This document shows, in pieces, positions 21,881 through 29,965 of a stretch of 32,000 nt of DNA (positions within the stretch are counted from its first letter, which is position 1; each line of letters starts with the position of its first letter). This DNA is from a virus. The position numbers were made by a program, and so were the translations under genes. The DNA lies in IMG/VR virus record IMGVR_UViG_3300018080_000110, positions 1 to 32,000 of that record; one strand, written 5' to 3'. A model generated the notes under the pieces. It ran no database searches and was not told the DNA's origin. It saw nothing but the letters and a program-made list of their open reading frames with translations.

Positions 21881-21910
21881 CTAAAGTGTAGCGCGTGCGC
21901 TACACTTTAG
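21881..21910. other. 30-bp perfect palindrome (terminator or protein-binding site)
   Basis: CTAAAGTGTAGCGC-gt-GCGCTACACTTTAG lies between the stop of gene 21928-22530 and the start of gene 21615-21860. No T-run follows on the minus strand. Confidence 0.5.
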
Positions 21911-21927
21911 GTCACTCTGTAAGCAAA

Positions 21928-22530
21928 TCACTCTGTAGGCGGAGGAGGAAGAAGCGCCGCTGCGATACGCGGTCGATCTAGCGACTTCAGGTACTTGAAC
22001 AAGGTGTCGTTGAACCACTTGCTCAGCTCCATCAGGTCTTCCCGAAGTTTTAGATCTCCAACCTCGCCGATCTGGTTCTGTAGTCTCTCCGGGGAGATAA
22101 GGTTCGCGATGTCCTTCAGCGATTTGGCTGTCTGCTGATGCCGAACAACTGCGAGAGGGAGTGGTCCCTCCAACATGTCCATGTCATTGACCGCCGCCCT
22201 CGCTCCGATACCACGCTCAGTTACAAGGGTCGTTTTGTACCGATCCTGTATGATACGCTTTGAAGCGGAGATCTGTCGTTGGACAGACTTCACGTTCCTG
22301 CTTCCTTTGCGCGGTACCGACCCCAAACTGAAGATAGCTTGAGTAATCTCCTCATAAGTCAAGATCTGAGAAGGGTAGCGGTCCTTCGCCCAGTTCAAAA
22401 ACTCGGCGATACGACCGACGATGGACTTCTCCTCCGGCTTGAACGTTGTGACCTTGAACTTCTTCTTGCGTCCTGCCATGATCTTGGCCCGCTTCAATTC
22501 GTACACCGAACGCTTCTTCTTAGCAGCCAT
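21928..22530 (-). CDS. hypothetical protein (200 aa)
   Basis: ORF track. SD AGGAGGAAAGA. Confidence 0.6.
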   Translation of the reverse strand: MAAKKKRSVYELKRAKIMAGRKKKFKVTTFKPEEKSIVGRIAEFLNWAKDRYPSQILTYEEITQAIFSLGSVPRKGSRNVKSVQRQISASKRIIQDRYKTTLVTERGIGARAAVNDMDMLEGPLPLAVVRHQQTAKSLKDIANLISPERLQNQIGEVGDLKLREDLMELSKWFNDTLFKYLKSLDRPRIAAALLPPPPTE

Positions 22531-23320
22531 TCTTTCCTCCTGTTAGGACCTCCAATGCCCCATTCAATTCAGCCATCATCTCCTCACTGCCACCAACATC
22601 TGGGTGTGACTTCTTCGCCAGATCGCGATACTTACTCTTGATCTCTTTCTCAGAAGCTCTTTTCCCCACACCCAAGATCTCCCTAGCCTTGTCCTCCTCA
22701 ATCTCGTCTTGCAAGAAACCCTTCTCTAACCCCCCATCCAACACTTTCCAATCGACCTGTCGAACACGATGAGCTATTCGAGACAAAGACTCTTTGATCT
22801 CGAACATGGCATCCCCGATCAAGGTTTCCAACTTGCGACTTCCAACAGGTCCGCAAACACCTCTCGAGTAAAATATACGGAGCTGGTACTCGATGATCAC
22901 GATCAATGGGTAGATAAGGGTTCTAGTCGTAGGACCGACGACCTCTCCAACCTTGATCTTGTCGGCGGCCCTCTCCATGGCCAACCGCTTCTTCTCACCC
23001 CCTTTCACAAAATCCTTTAGGTTGGCACGCTTCCTACTCCCACTCTCCCTCCTCTCCTCGCCGGACTTCTTTTTCTTCCTCGGATACTTCTTGTTGATCT
23101 CCTTCCTGCACTGAATGCACTCGTTCTGATACCCGCTCTTCGAACCCACCTTTGGGTAGAAGTTCCCTTCCGCCTCCAGTGTTCGATGACACCTTCCACA
23201 TCTCAGTTTCACCACTATCTCCTCGTAGGAAGGGACATCGGCGTAACCCCTTGGGACTCCCTTCCTCAGACCACTCCTTTTCCTCCCAGCCGACCTCCTC
23301 TTCGTTCTTCTGCTTCCCAC
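22520..23320 (-). CDS. J-domain (DnaJ-like) protein with N-terminal zinc ribbon
   Basis: The C-terminal AREILGVGKRASEKEIKSKYRDLAKKSHPDVGGSEEMMAELNGALEVL carries the HPD tripeptide. CGRC...CIQC lies near the N-terminus. GTG start after GGAGAGTGGAGA. Confidence 0.7.
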   Translation of the reverse strand: MGSRRTKRRSAGRKRSGLRKGVPRGYADVPSYEEIVVKLRCGRCHRTLEAEGNFYPKVGSKSGYQNECIQCRKEINKKYPRKKKKSGEERRESGSRKRANLKDFVKGGEKKRLAMERAADKIKVGEVVGPTTRTLIYPLIVIIEYQLRIFYSRGVCGPVGSRKLETLIGDAMFEIKESLSRIAHRVRQVDWKVLDGGLEKGFLQDEIEEDKAREILGVGKRASEKEIKSKYRDLAKKSHPDVGGSEEMMAELNGALEVLTGGKNGC

Positions 23321-23351
23321 TCTCCACTCTCCGCTGAATGATCAAAATGTG

Positions 23352-23393
23352 AGGGACACAACTTGTCCCTAGACGCCAGAACTCTTATACCGA
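23352..23393 (-). promoter_or_regulatory. CGGTATAAG promoter-like motif plus downstream hairpin
   Basis: The minus strand reads TTCGGTATAAG (23384-23393), followed by the hairpin AGGGACA-agttg-TGTCCCT (23352-23370). The motif lies 64 nt upstream of the GTG at 23320. Confidence 0.45.
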
Positions 23394-23416
23394 ACATCTA
23401 TAGTATGTTTCTTGTG

Positions 23417-23629
23417 CTAAATGATGGTCTGACGCGTATTGGTGCTGATGGAACAGAAAACGATCCAACAGTTGGGGCACGCCATCTTGGAATTTGGTGG
23501 TACTGGTGTCCCGTCAATGAACTCTAGGTAGGAACTCTTTAGATCTGCTGCGTACCGGATATCCTCCTTAGCCCGATAGATCTCCTTCTTGCACATACAA
23601 CAAGAGATCATTTCTCCCTTTTTGATCAT
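23417..23629 (-). CDS. zinc-ribbon protein (70 aa)
   Basis: CCMCKK...CPNCW. ATGA overlap. Confidence 0.55.
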   Translation of the reverse strand: MIKKGEMISCCMCKKEIYRAKEDIRYAADLKSSYLEFIDGTPVPPNSKMACPNCWIVFCSISTNTRQTII

Positions 23630-23844
23630 TTGGAGAACCTCGACCTGGCGCGTCTACTGTTTTTTCTGGCCGATGAGCGGATCGCAGAAGAATTAGACCG
23701 CCCTCCAGTTTCCTGAATGAGGAGAGAGTAAAGACGCCCCAACGCCGAGAGATCCCACTCTCCTTTGTTTTTTACACATCCTCTGACTGCCGCCAATTGC
23801 TCAATAGCGTCCTCCACCAGTATCCTCGGTACGTCAATCTTCAT
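23626..23844 (-). CDS. hypothetical protein (72 aa)
   Basis: ATG (MKIDVPRIL) after AGGAGA, 2 nt past the RNase HII stop. Confidence 0.5.
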   Translation of the reverse strand: MKIDVPRILVEDAIEQLAAVRGCVKNKGEWDLSALGRLYSLLIQETGGRSNSSAIRSSARKNSRRARSRFSK

Positions 23845-23845
23845 C

Positions 23846-24499
23846 TCATCTCCTGCAAACAATGTTGGTGGTCAACCCGATAACATCGAATAGCTCTAGT
23901 TGCCTCAGCGACCTTGCTTCATCCGGATGGCTCTCTAGGTAACTCGCGACCGGCTTGTAGCTCAAACGATGGGCGGGCGTCGGTCCAAACTCTTCTAGCT
24001 TCCTGCGATGATCTTCTGTCCCGTATCCGTGATGTTGATCGAACAAAAAGTCTGGAAACCTCTCGTGCAAATCTTCCATCGCACTAGTTTGGACAAACTT
24101 CGCAACTATACTCGCCGCCGACACTTCCCGATATTTGTCGTCCGCTTTTACCTCGTAAGTAATGCCACGACACGACTCGATCATTCTACTACCATCTACG
24201 ATGATCTTTCCAGCTTTTCGATCCTTGCACTCAAGTAGAACCTCATCAACCACCTCATCCCAAACTGACCAAATACCGCTCTTAGAATTGATGTAGATCG
24301 GTGAAGCAGTTTTGATGATGACCCACTCGGCACGATCGTAGATCTCGTCGATCAAGTTTTCTCTTTGACCCATACTCAACCGCTTGCTATCGCGCACAGT
24401 TTTGGGTAGTTCAACATCTTCCCTGAACGCAGCGGCCACTACTACCAAAGGCCCTGCCCAACATCCCACACCTGCTTCGTCAACACCCGCGACGATCAT
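23846..24499 (-). CDS. rnhB: ribonuclease HII
   Basis: GVDEAGVGCWAGPLVVVAA, DSKRLS, KADDKYREVSAASIVAKF, HHGYGTEDH and PAHRLSYKPV occur in the canonical RNase HII order. Confidence 0.85.
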   Translation of the reverse strand: MIVAGVDEAGVGCWAGPLVVVAAAFREDVELPKTVRDSKRLSMGQRENLIDEIYDRAEWVIIKTASPIYINSKSGIWSVWDEVVDEVLLECKDRKAGKIIVDGSRMIESCRGITYEVKADDKYREVSAASIVAKFVQTSAMEDLHERFPDFLFDQHHGYGTEDHRRKLEEFGPTPAHRLSYKPVASYLESHPDEARSLRQLELFDVIGLTTNIVCRR

Positions 24500-25302
24500 G
24501 CTGCCCTCTTGACCTTGGCCAGAATGTCCTCAAGAGCACTCTTGTCGATGGCCACTAGCCCACTGCCGTCCGCCATGCTGATGGCGCTCTTCAGGCCCTT
24601 CATTGCCTCGCGCAGCTGGTCACGCTTGAACGTGGCCGCCTCGTAAAACTGCCGCATGTAAGGGAGGCTCATCAAGAACTGGCAGATGCTGCCTGAGTCC
24701 GCCAAGCGCCATTGGGGAAGGCGGTGGTTCTCCCGCTGCAGCAGCATCGCCAGAGCTGTCTGGTAGCTCATGGTATACATCGCCGACTGGAGAAAGCCCT
24801 CTGGCAGATCGTTCTTGAGCAACACTCTAGCGTTTCGTACAGTTGCACTTTTGTCGGCCTTGGCCTCCCGCAAAAATCTTCCGAGGTCGTTAAGGTGCGT
24901 AAGCAATCTTTCTGGGATGGGGTCCTCAAAATCCCCCATATCCAAACTGACGCTACCGAGCTTGTTCATCGTGCTACAGCTCATCCTGGTTGTAGCCACC
25001 TTGTAGGTGTCGAGCTCCTGCCAGACGTACCTGGGCACGGTGAACCGCACCCAGATCATAATTTGACGCATGAACTTGCAGTGCTCGCTGCCTCTACGGA
25101 TGAGCTTGCAGGCGAGCTCGAGGTCCTTCGGACCGATGACCGAAGACTCCGGCGTGCGGATCGGCCCGAACTCAGAATCGACGTGCATGTCATAGTCTGA
25201 GCCGTAGAACTGACTATCCGAGTCCGCCCAAGAATTCATCGGATTTCGCATTCCGTGAAGACTCGGTTCAAATCCAAACACTCTAATGAAATCGATCTTC
25301 AT
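24496..25302 (-). CDS. ThyX-fold (flavin-dependent thymidylate synthase-like) protein lacking the RHR signature
   Basis: RGSEHCKFMRQIMIWVRFTVPRYVWQELDTYKVATTRMSCSTMNKL is collinear with the ThyX core (G.E..FEH..ftF.i...pifvarQ..RHR..S.n..S.RY), but it has TYK in place of RHR. The later LLQRENHRLPQWRL resembles the ThyX C-terminal motif. Confidence 0.6.
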   Translation of the reverse strand: MKIDFIRVFGFEPSLHGMRNPMNSWADSDSQFYGSDYDMHVDSEFGPIRTPESSVIGPKDLELACKLIRRGSEHCKFMRQIMIWVRFTVPRYVWQELDTYKVATTRMSCSTMNKLGSVSLDMGDFEDPIPERLLTHLNDLGRFLREAKADKSATVRNARVLLKNDLPEGFLQSAMYTMSYQTALAMLLQRENHRLPQWRLADSGSICQFLMSLPYMRQFYEAATFKRDQLREAMKGLKSAISMADGSGLVAIDKSALEDILAKVKRAA

Positions 25303-25925
25303 CTCCTCGCCTCCTCATGAGCCGAGTCAGGCGACTGACTCCAATCTCTCTTCAAGACCTCATTGGTCACACTCCTCACCAAATTGCTTAAGTCTACTCC
25401 ATTGATCTCTCGACACAGACGAAAGCACAATCTCCAGATGTGGCACATGCTGTGTTTAATCCAGAAATCGTGATCCTCCGTGTTTCGGATTTTCTGAGCC
25501 TGCTTCAGCGTGTGGTGGGACAGTTTCCCAATGAAGTAAGCCAACCCCTCTTGGAGGATGGGAACTATCCGTTGATCTTCTGGGGGGACTGAGATATGAG
25601 ATCTCTCCCACTCACACATCTCATTGTCAAAATACAGAACATCCCCCATGGAAATATCCGCCGTGAAGCAAAAATCCAAGGCGTATACACAAATGTCGCC
25701 GATCGCATCCAGCTTATCGCTCAGGTTGAAGGGGATAGGTGCTAAGGAACGCCCGCTACCGATCAGCTCCCCCAATTCCTCGGACATACCAGCTACGCAC
25801 CTGAGCATTCCATAAATCCGCGGCCTCTCTTTCGGGAGTGTGCCGGAGAAATTCTTGTGCGACCACTCCCCGACTTCCACACGCAACCGCTCCAACTCTA
25901 CTGCGTTGAACGAAACTCCGTACAT
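25299..25925 (-). CDS. MazG-like nucleotide pyrophosphohydrolase
   Basis: VGEWSHKNF...CVAGMSEELGEL...DAIGDICVYALDF follows the MazG EExGE / D..GD pattern. SD AGGAGGACACG. Confidence 0.6.
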   Translation of the reverse strand: MYGVSFNAVELERLRVEVGEWSHKNFSGTLPKERPRIYGMLRCVAGMSEELGELIGSGRSLAPIPFNLSDKLDAIGDICVYALDFCFTADISMGDVLYFDNEMCEWERSHISVPPEDQRIVPILQEGLAYFIGKLSHHTLKQAQKIRNTEDHDFWIKHSMCHIWRLCFRLCREINGVDLSNLVRSVTNEVLKRDWSQSPDSAHEEARR

Positions 25926-25954
25926 CGTGTCCTCCTAAAAAATGGTTTGATCTT

Positions 25955-25963
25955 CGTTATAAG
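25955..25963 (+). promoter_or_regulatory. TATAAG promoter-like motif (CGTTATAAG)
   Basis: Lies 56 nt upstream of the ATG at 26019. The TTATAA core is palindromic and could also serve the divergent minus-strand operon. Confidence 0.35.
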
Positions 25964-26018
25964 ATCTACGCTCGGGAAAACAGTTAGTTCATTTCGGATC
26001 AGGAGATCAGGAGATCAC

Positions 26019-26399
26019 ATGGCGTACAAGAAGAGCAACAGGACCATCGAGGAGATCGAGGGGAAGTTCATCATGGGATGGGCGGAATTCAAGAGGTCCG
26101 CCGAAAAGGTCCGCCGAGACGGTAAGGGCAGAGTTCTCAGAGTAGAGAGTCTGCCCCCGAAGATCGTCACCAAGCTTCTCGTGGAGCTCGAGGACGGCAC
26201 GGCAGTAGCCATCAACGGAGGCCACTTTGAGCCTCTAGCGAGCAACTCCATCCCCATTCCATTCCAGGCAGTGTTCCCAGAGAAGTTTAAGGAGGCGACA
26301 CAGATCGCCTCTAAGGCGTACAAGAAGGGAGCAAAGGTCAAGATCAAGCGGGTGACCTACGAGGACAACGGCTGGGTAGACTACATGGAAATCGAGTAG
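26019..26399 (+). CDS. hypothetical protein (126 aa)
   Basis: Internal ATG (MAYKKSNRT) of the 25857..26399 ORF, preceded by a duplicated AGGAGATC. It has its own terminator. Confidence 0.6.
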   Translation: MAYKKSNRTIEEIEGKFIMGWAEFKRSAEKVRRDGKGRVLRVESLPPKIVTKLLVELEDGTAVAINGGHFEPLASNSIPIPFQAVFPEKFKEATQIASKAYKKGAKVKIKRVTYEDNGWVDYMEIE

Positions 26400-26953
26400 C
26401 AGACCAGCCGGCAACCCCTCTCCAGCAAACCGGGCACGCTGGAGAGGGGTTCGTTCTTTCTCTTCTTTAGCTGTCTATAGATCTTCAGGACTCGGTCTGC
26501 GTATCCGCCGCGCTTACCCGTTCTAACAGGAATCCTTTCAGAGGCGGAACACTTCCTTTTGCCTTTTGGGCAGCGCCCGTAACCCTGATTGTAGTGCAAG
26601 AGCCAATGATATCCGTCATACCTATGATGCTTCAACCACCAACGCTTCCACATCCGCATCAAGTGCAACCCCCGACGAATATTGGTTCGTGGATCGTACA
26701 AGCGCATTTTCTTAGCTTTGCCCATCGTGGCAGCACACGACCTCCCTCGCTTAGACCTCAACTGGATCTGCATGAGGCCGTGTGAACCACGAAAGCACAC
26801 ACCGTTCTTGAACCTGGACTCCTTGAACGCGACTGACATCGCTAGTCGGGGTTCTATCCCAAACTTAGGAGCCTCCTCCATGAAGATTTTGACGTACTGC
26901 GCCGGGAAAGACGAGAGCGTGATGACAGCCACGATCCACAAAGGTAACCTCAA
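26381..26953 (-). CDS. lytic transglycosylase (SLT domain) with N-terminal signal/anchor
   Basis: AMSVAFKESRFKNG...GSHGLMQIQ (catalytic E-S and GLMQ motifs). Hydrophobic N-terminus LPLWIVAVITLSSF. TTG start in a TTGA overlap, so the start is less certain. Confidence 0.7.
   Translation of the reverse strand: MRLPLWIVAVITLSSFPAQYVKIFMEEAPKFGIEPRLAMSVAFKESRFKNGVCFRGSHGLMQIQLRSKRGRSCAATMGKAKKMRLYDPRTNIRRGLHLMRMWKRWWLKHHRYDGYHWLLHYNQGYGRCPKGKRKCSASERIPVRTGKRGGYADRVLKIYRQLKKRKNEPLSSVPGLLERGCRLVCYSISM
26413..26451 (+). terminator. intrinsic terminator
   Basis: 13-bp perfect stem AACCCCTCTCCAG/CTGGAGAGGGGTT followed by CGTTCTTTCTCTTCTTT. It lies inside the 3' end of the convergent SLT ORF. Confidence 0.65.
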
Positions 26954-27225
26954 TTTGCATCAGAGGCCCCAGTGGATCGCGGGTCATCGAGGATGACTTC
27001 CACACCACCTAGCTCCAACGTCTTCCGGAGTTCCATATCGTTACGAATGGACTGGCCTAAATTGACCCAGATGAAGTTCTGAAGTTGACCCATATCGCCA
27101 CGGGTCATACCCTCCTTCCTCCTGAGTCTCAACGTGACAACATGCTCGTTGTTAGCGTCGTAAATGCTGAACTCCCAAAAGACCTCAGCTCTACGGCCAA
27201 TAGGTTCGTCCACGAGTTCGTCCAC
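26950..27225 (-). CDS. hypothetical protein (91 aa)
   Basis: GTG start after GGAG. ORF track. Confidence 0.55.
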   Translation of the reverse strand: MDELVDEPIGRRAEVFWEFSIYDANNEHVVTLRLRRKEGMTRGDMGQLQNFIWVNLGQSIRNDMELRKTLELGGVEVILDDPRSTGASDAN

Positions 27226-27231
27226 GATCTA

Positions 27232-27810
27232 CTACTCCGACTTCCTGTCTGCATACTGAAGAGCCTTACGGCGCTTGAAGACAGGCTTCTTTTTCTTCTC
27301 GCCGTTTCCAGCACTAGACTTCGTCCCGTTCTTCGTCTTGTCCACGACCTCGATCTTCGCGGCCTTCTTCGCGACCTTCTTCTTCGCAGCCTTCTTCGCG
27401 ACCTTTTTCGCGACCTTTTTGGCCGCCTTCTTGGTCGCCTTCTTGGTCGCCTTCTTGGCCGCCTTCTTCGCGACCTTCTTGGTCGCCTTCTTGGAGGGCT
27501 TCTTGGTCGCCTCCCCGCGATCGAACTTACCCGTGAACTCGAAAGTGCCGGAAGCTACAAGCTTCCGCCCCTTGTCGGAGATACGGTACTGTCCTCTCTC
27601 AGAAGGATTCACCTCCACGAGACCCTCTCGCACGATCTTGCGGAATGAGTTCCGCACCATCCGGATCTCGTTCTGGTGAATGTTTTCCGCCTTCTTGCGA
27701 TAAACACCGCCGCTAACCTCCCTAGCGGTCTGCCACGGCCTCGCTCCCTTTCCCTTTGGATCGAGGGCCTTCAAGGTCTTCTGCTCATACTTCGTCAACT
27801 TGACGATCAT
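27232..27810 (-). CDS. winged-helix DNA-binding protein with histone-H1-like lysine/alanine repeat tail
   Basis: Start MIVKLTKYEQK after ACGGAGGTAACC. The N-terminal ~100 aa are wHTH-like. The C-terminal tail reads ATKKPSKKATKKVAKKAAKKATKKATKKAAKKVAKKVAKKAAKKKVAKKAAK. Confidence 0.65.
   Translation of the reverse strand: MIVKLTKYEQKTLKALDPKGKGARPWQTAREVSGGVYRKKAENIHQNEIRMVRNSFRKIVREGLVEVNPSERGQYRISDKGRKLVASGTFEFTGKFDRGEATKKPSKKATKKVAKKAAKKATKKATKKAAKKVAKKVAKKAAKKKVAKKAAKIEVVDKTKNGTKSSAGNGEKKKKPVFKRRKALQYADRKSE
27355..27512 (-). repeat. imperfect tandem 12/15-bp coding repeats (GCCTTCTTGGTC-type)
   Basis: Direct reading. These repeats encode the AKK/TKK tail. Confidence 0.8.
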
Positions 27811-27890
27811 TTCGGTTACCTCCGTTATTTGGCCTCCGAAGATCAGAGAATAGATCATGGAGGGAATTGATGCAACACCCTACCTCTCGA

Positions 27891-27900
27891 CGGTATAAGG
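27891..27900 (+). promoter_or_regulatory. CGGTATAAG promoter-like motif
   Basis: ACGGTATAAGG lies 21 nt upstream of the ATG at 27921. Confidence 0.45.
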
Positions 27901-27920
27901 TGTGGTGAAAGGAGCAAATT

Positions 27921-28322
27921 ATGCCCGACCCTAACTCCGGTGATCAAACTGAAGAGATCGTACACGATCTTCTACAAGCCGAACGACAAAAGGAGATCAC
28001 ACAAGCCACAACATTGCAAGGTCAGATCGTAGCTCTTGTGTTAATTCTTGTAGATGCAGAAGTCTTGAGCTTTGATGACGTAAATCGCTGGGAGGGGTTA
28101 TCCGAACACGTTCAGGCATTACTGCAGGACATGGCGTTTGGATCTGAGGCTCTAGAGAGCGGGGTGAAAAACCAAGATACAGTCAAGCTCCGCGTCAAAG
28201 GAGTGAAAGCCACGATCGAATTGCTACGCTTGATGGGGAACAAAGACAGAACTCTGAGCCCCCTAGCGGACGAGCTAAGGAGACTGACTGACATGCTCAA
28301 ATCCATGAAGGAAGAACAGTAG
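27921..28322 (+). CDS. hypothetical helical protein (133 aa)
   Basis: ORF track. SD AAAGGAG. Confidence 0.65.
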   Translation: MPDPNSGDQTEEIVHDLLQAERQKEITQATTLQGQIVALVLILVDAEVLSFDDVNRWEGLSEHVQALLQDMAFGSEALESGVKNQDTVKLRVKGVKATIELLRLMGNKDRTLSPLADELRRLTDMLKSMKEEQ

Positions 28323-28687
28323 TGCTGAGACTTGAAAAGGTGATTGAGGGATTCGAAGAAGGAGGTAGGCTAGATTGGCTGCACCCCTGCCACGGTCGTT
28401 TCCCAGATTTCGCCGCACTCTACTCCGATTCAGAGACTGAGTACGTGTTCGAAGTCCTGGTGTGGGAGGACACAAATCAATGGGTGGCAGCCGTTGTAGG
28501 CTCGGATGCCTACCACAATGGGTACCCACGAAGCTATCGGTGGGTGTCGCAAGGCAACGGTACAGCTGTCTGCAACCCAACAAAGGGAGACACATACGAC
28601 GTAGATCTACCAAAACTTCGCAAGGAAAAGCACATCGCCTACGCGTCTATCCACGTGCATATGATAACTGAGCCCAACAAAGGGTGA
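28322..28687 (+). CDS. hypothetical protein (121 aa)
   Basis: GTG start overlapping the upstream TAG (TAGTG). ORF track. Confidence 0.6.
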   Translation: MLRLEKVIEGFEEGGRLDWLHPCHGRFPDFAALYSDSETEYVFEVLVWEDTNQWVAAVVGSDAYHNGYPRSYRWVSQGNGTAVCNPTKGDTYDVDLPKLRKEKHIAYASIHVHMITEPNKG

Positions 28688-28708
28688 GAGGGAGACCTCT
28701 CACTTTTT
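28684..28708 (+). terminator. intrinsic terminator
   Basis: GTGAGAGG-gaga-CCTCTCAC followed by TTTTT. The stop codon lies in the stem. Confidence 0.7.
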
Positions 28709-28858
28709 AGCCCTCTTCCAAACTCGCCACACACCCAAGATGCTGTCTACCTCTAGAATACACTCTCGGGCTAGATCTCTTTGTATGGCAACATCGAACA
28801 TTTGATCTTCACGCAACTTCTCCAACTTTGCACTGTACGTGTTGATCGCAGTCCTCAC
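28700..28858 (-). CDS. hypothetical protein (52 aa)
   Basis: GTG start in a GTGA overlap with the stop of gene 28855-29370. It is the C-terminal, non-shadow part of the 28700..29401 ORF. Confidence 0.45.
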   Translation of the reverse strand: MRTAINTYSAKLEKLREDQMFDVAIQRDLARECILEVDSILGVWRVWKRAKK

Positions 28859-29370
28859 CGCGGAAAGGAAATCACCTTCTTCCTTCGGTGTGATAGTTCG
28901 GGAAATGCCGATCTTGAAACTTGTCGGTGATCGAGAACGACGAACTCTTCGATCTCTTCTAGGTTTGCTATCTCTAGCTCCCTCCGGCCCTTTACGTCGC
29001 TCGAGTTCCACACCTCCGGACACCCGCCTGTCTGACGACAGTGATCTGGTACTACGTATCCTGTCCTTCGATGACGCCAAGCTTGCATCCCGTCGTTGCC
29101 GGACCAATACTTTCTCACGCTCTCCAAAGGGATCACAAGCACAAAGTCCCAATCCTTGCTGACAGCATTGTCCCAAGTCCCCTTCTCCGCGTAAACCTTT
29201 AGCTCTTCCGGCAGCTGCCACTCCTCGATCGATTTCATGAACCACTCGTGCTCTGCCATTCCCCATTCGTTGACCTCCACGCAAGTGACTTTTGCTCCGC
29301 TGTCCGTCAATACCTGAAATCTCGTCCTCCCGATCCCATTTCTGCGGCACCCCGCTCCGTAGCAGCTCAT
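28855..29370 (-). CDS. hypothetical protein (171 aa)
   Basis: ORF track. ATGA overlap with the tmk stop. Confidence 0.6.
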   Translation of the reverse strand: MSCYGAGCRRNGIGRTRFQVLTDSGAKVTCVEVNEWGMAEHEWFMKSIEEWQLPEELKVYAEKGTWDNAVSKDWDFVLVIPLESVRKYWSGNDGMQAWRHRRTGYVVPDHCRQTGGCPEVWNSSDVKGRRELEIANLEEIEEFVVLDHRQVSRSAFPELSHRRKKVISFPR

Positions 29371-29954
29371 AGCCCGAGCTCCGTGAGCATTTGCTCCACA
29401 AGTTCCTCCGGGCTGCTGTTGTACGAGTCTAAGAAGATGATGTCCTCATCCAACAATTTGGGCACCATCTTGTACCTCTCATGGTACCTACGCTGCTTCT
29501 CCTCCGTCTCGTAACGCTCCAGAACTTCCCTGCCACTAAGACGCCTCAAACACTCGTCGACGGGGCAGAGTAAGACAAAGAGAATGTCAGGCGCCAAACA
29601 CCTCCGCTGCATGTACTCGATCAAGAACGGGTCGTAGTTGTCTTGCTGGTACACCCACGTGCTGTAGGCGTAACGATCGCACACTACGGTCTCTCCCTGC
29701 TCCAAGTGTGGCCGGATGATGTTAGCTATGTGATCGTGTCTGTCTGCGAGAAAAAGAGGGAACATGCCCAGTTCTTCAGCCGGCTCCTCCCCCTTTAAGA
29801 TCTTCCTGATATGTCTACCGATCGTGCCTTCGCTTGGCTCCTTGGTCCAAAGAGCATCGATACCATTCTCGTGAAGCTTCTGCACCAATAGCTTCGAGCA
29901 CGTAGTAGTACCTGCCCCGTCGATCCCTTCGATCGACAAGAAAAGTGGATCCAT
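29367..29954 (-). CDS. tmk: thymidylate (dTMP) kinase
   Basis: FLSIEGIDGAGTTTCSKLL (P-loop), WTKEPSEGTIG, ADRHDH and CDRYAYS occur in Tmk order. SD AGGAGATAAG. Confidence 0.8.
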   Translation of the reverse strand: MDPLFLSIEGIDGAGTTTCSKLLVQKLHENGIDALWTKEPSEGTIGRHIRKILKGEEPAEELGMFPLFLADRHDHIANIIRPHLEQGETVVCDRYAYSTWVYQQDNYDPFLIEYMQRRCLAPDILFVLLCPVDECLRRLSGREVLERYETEEKQRRYHERYKMVPKLLDEDIIFLDSYNSSPEELVEQMLTELGL

Positions 29955-29965
29955 CTTATCTCCTG

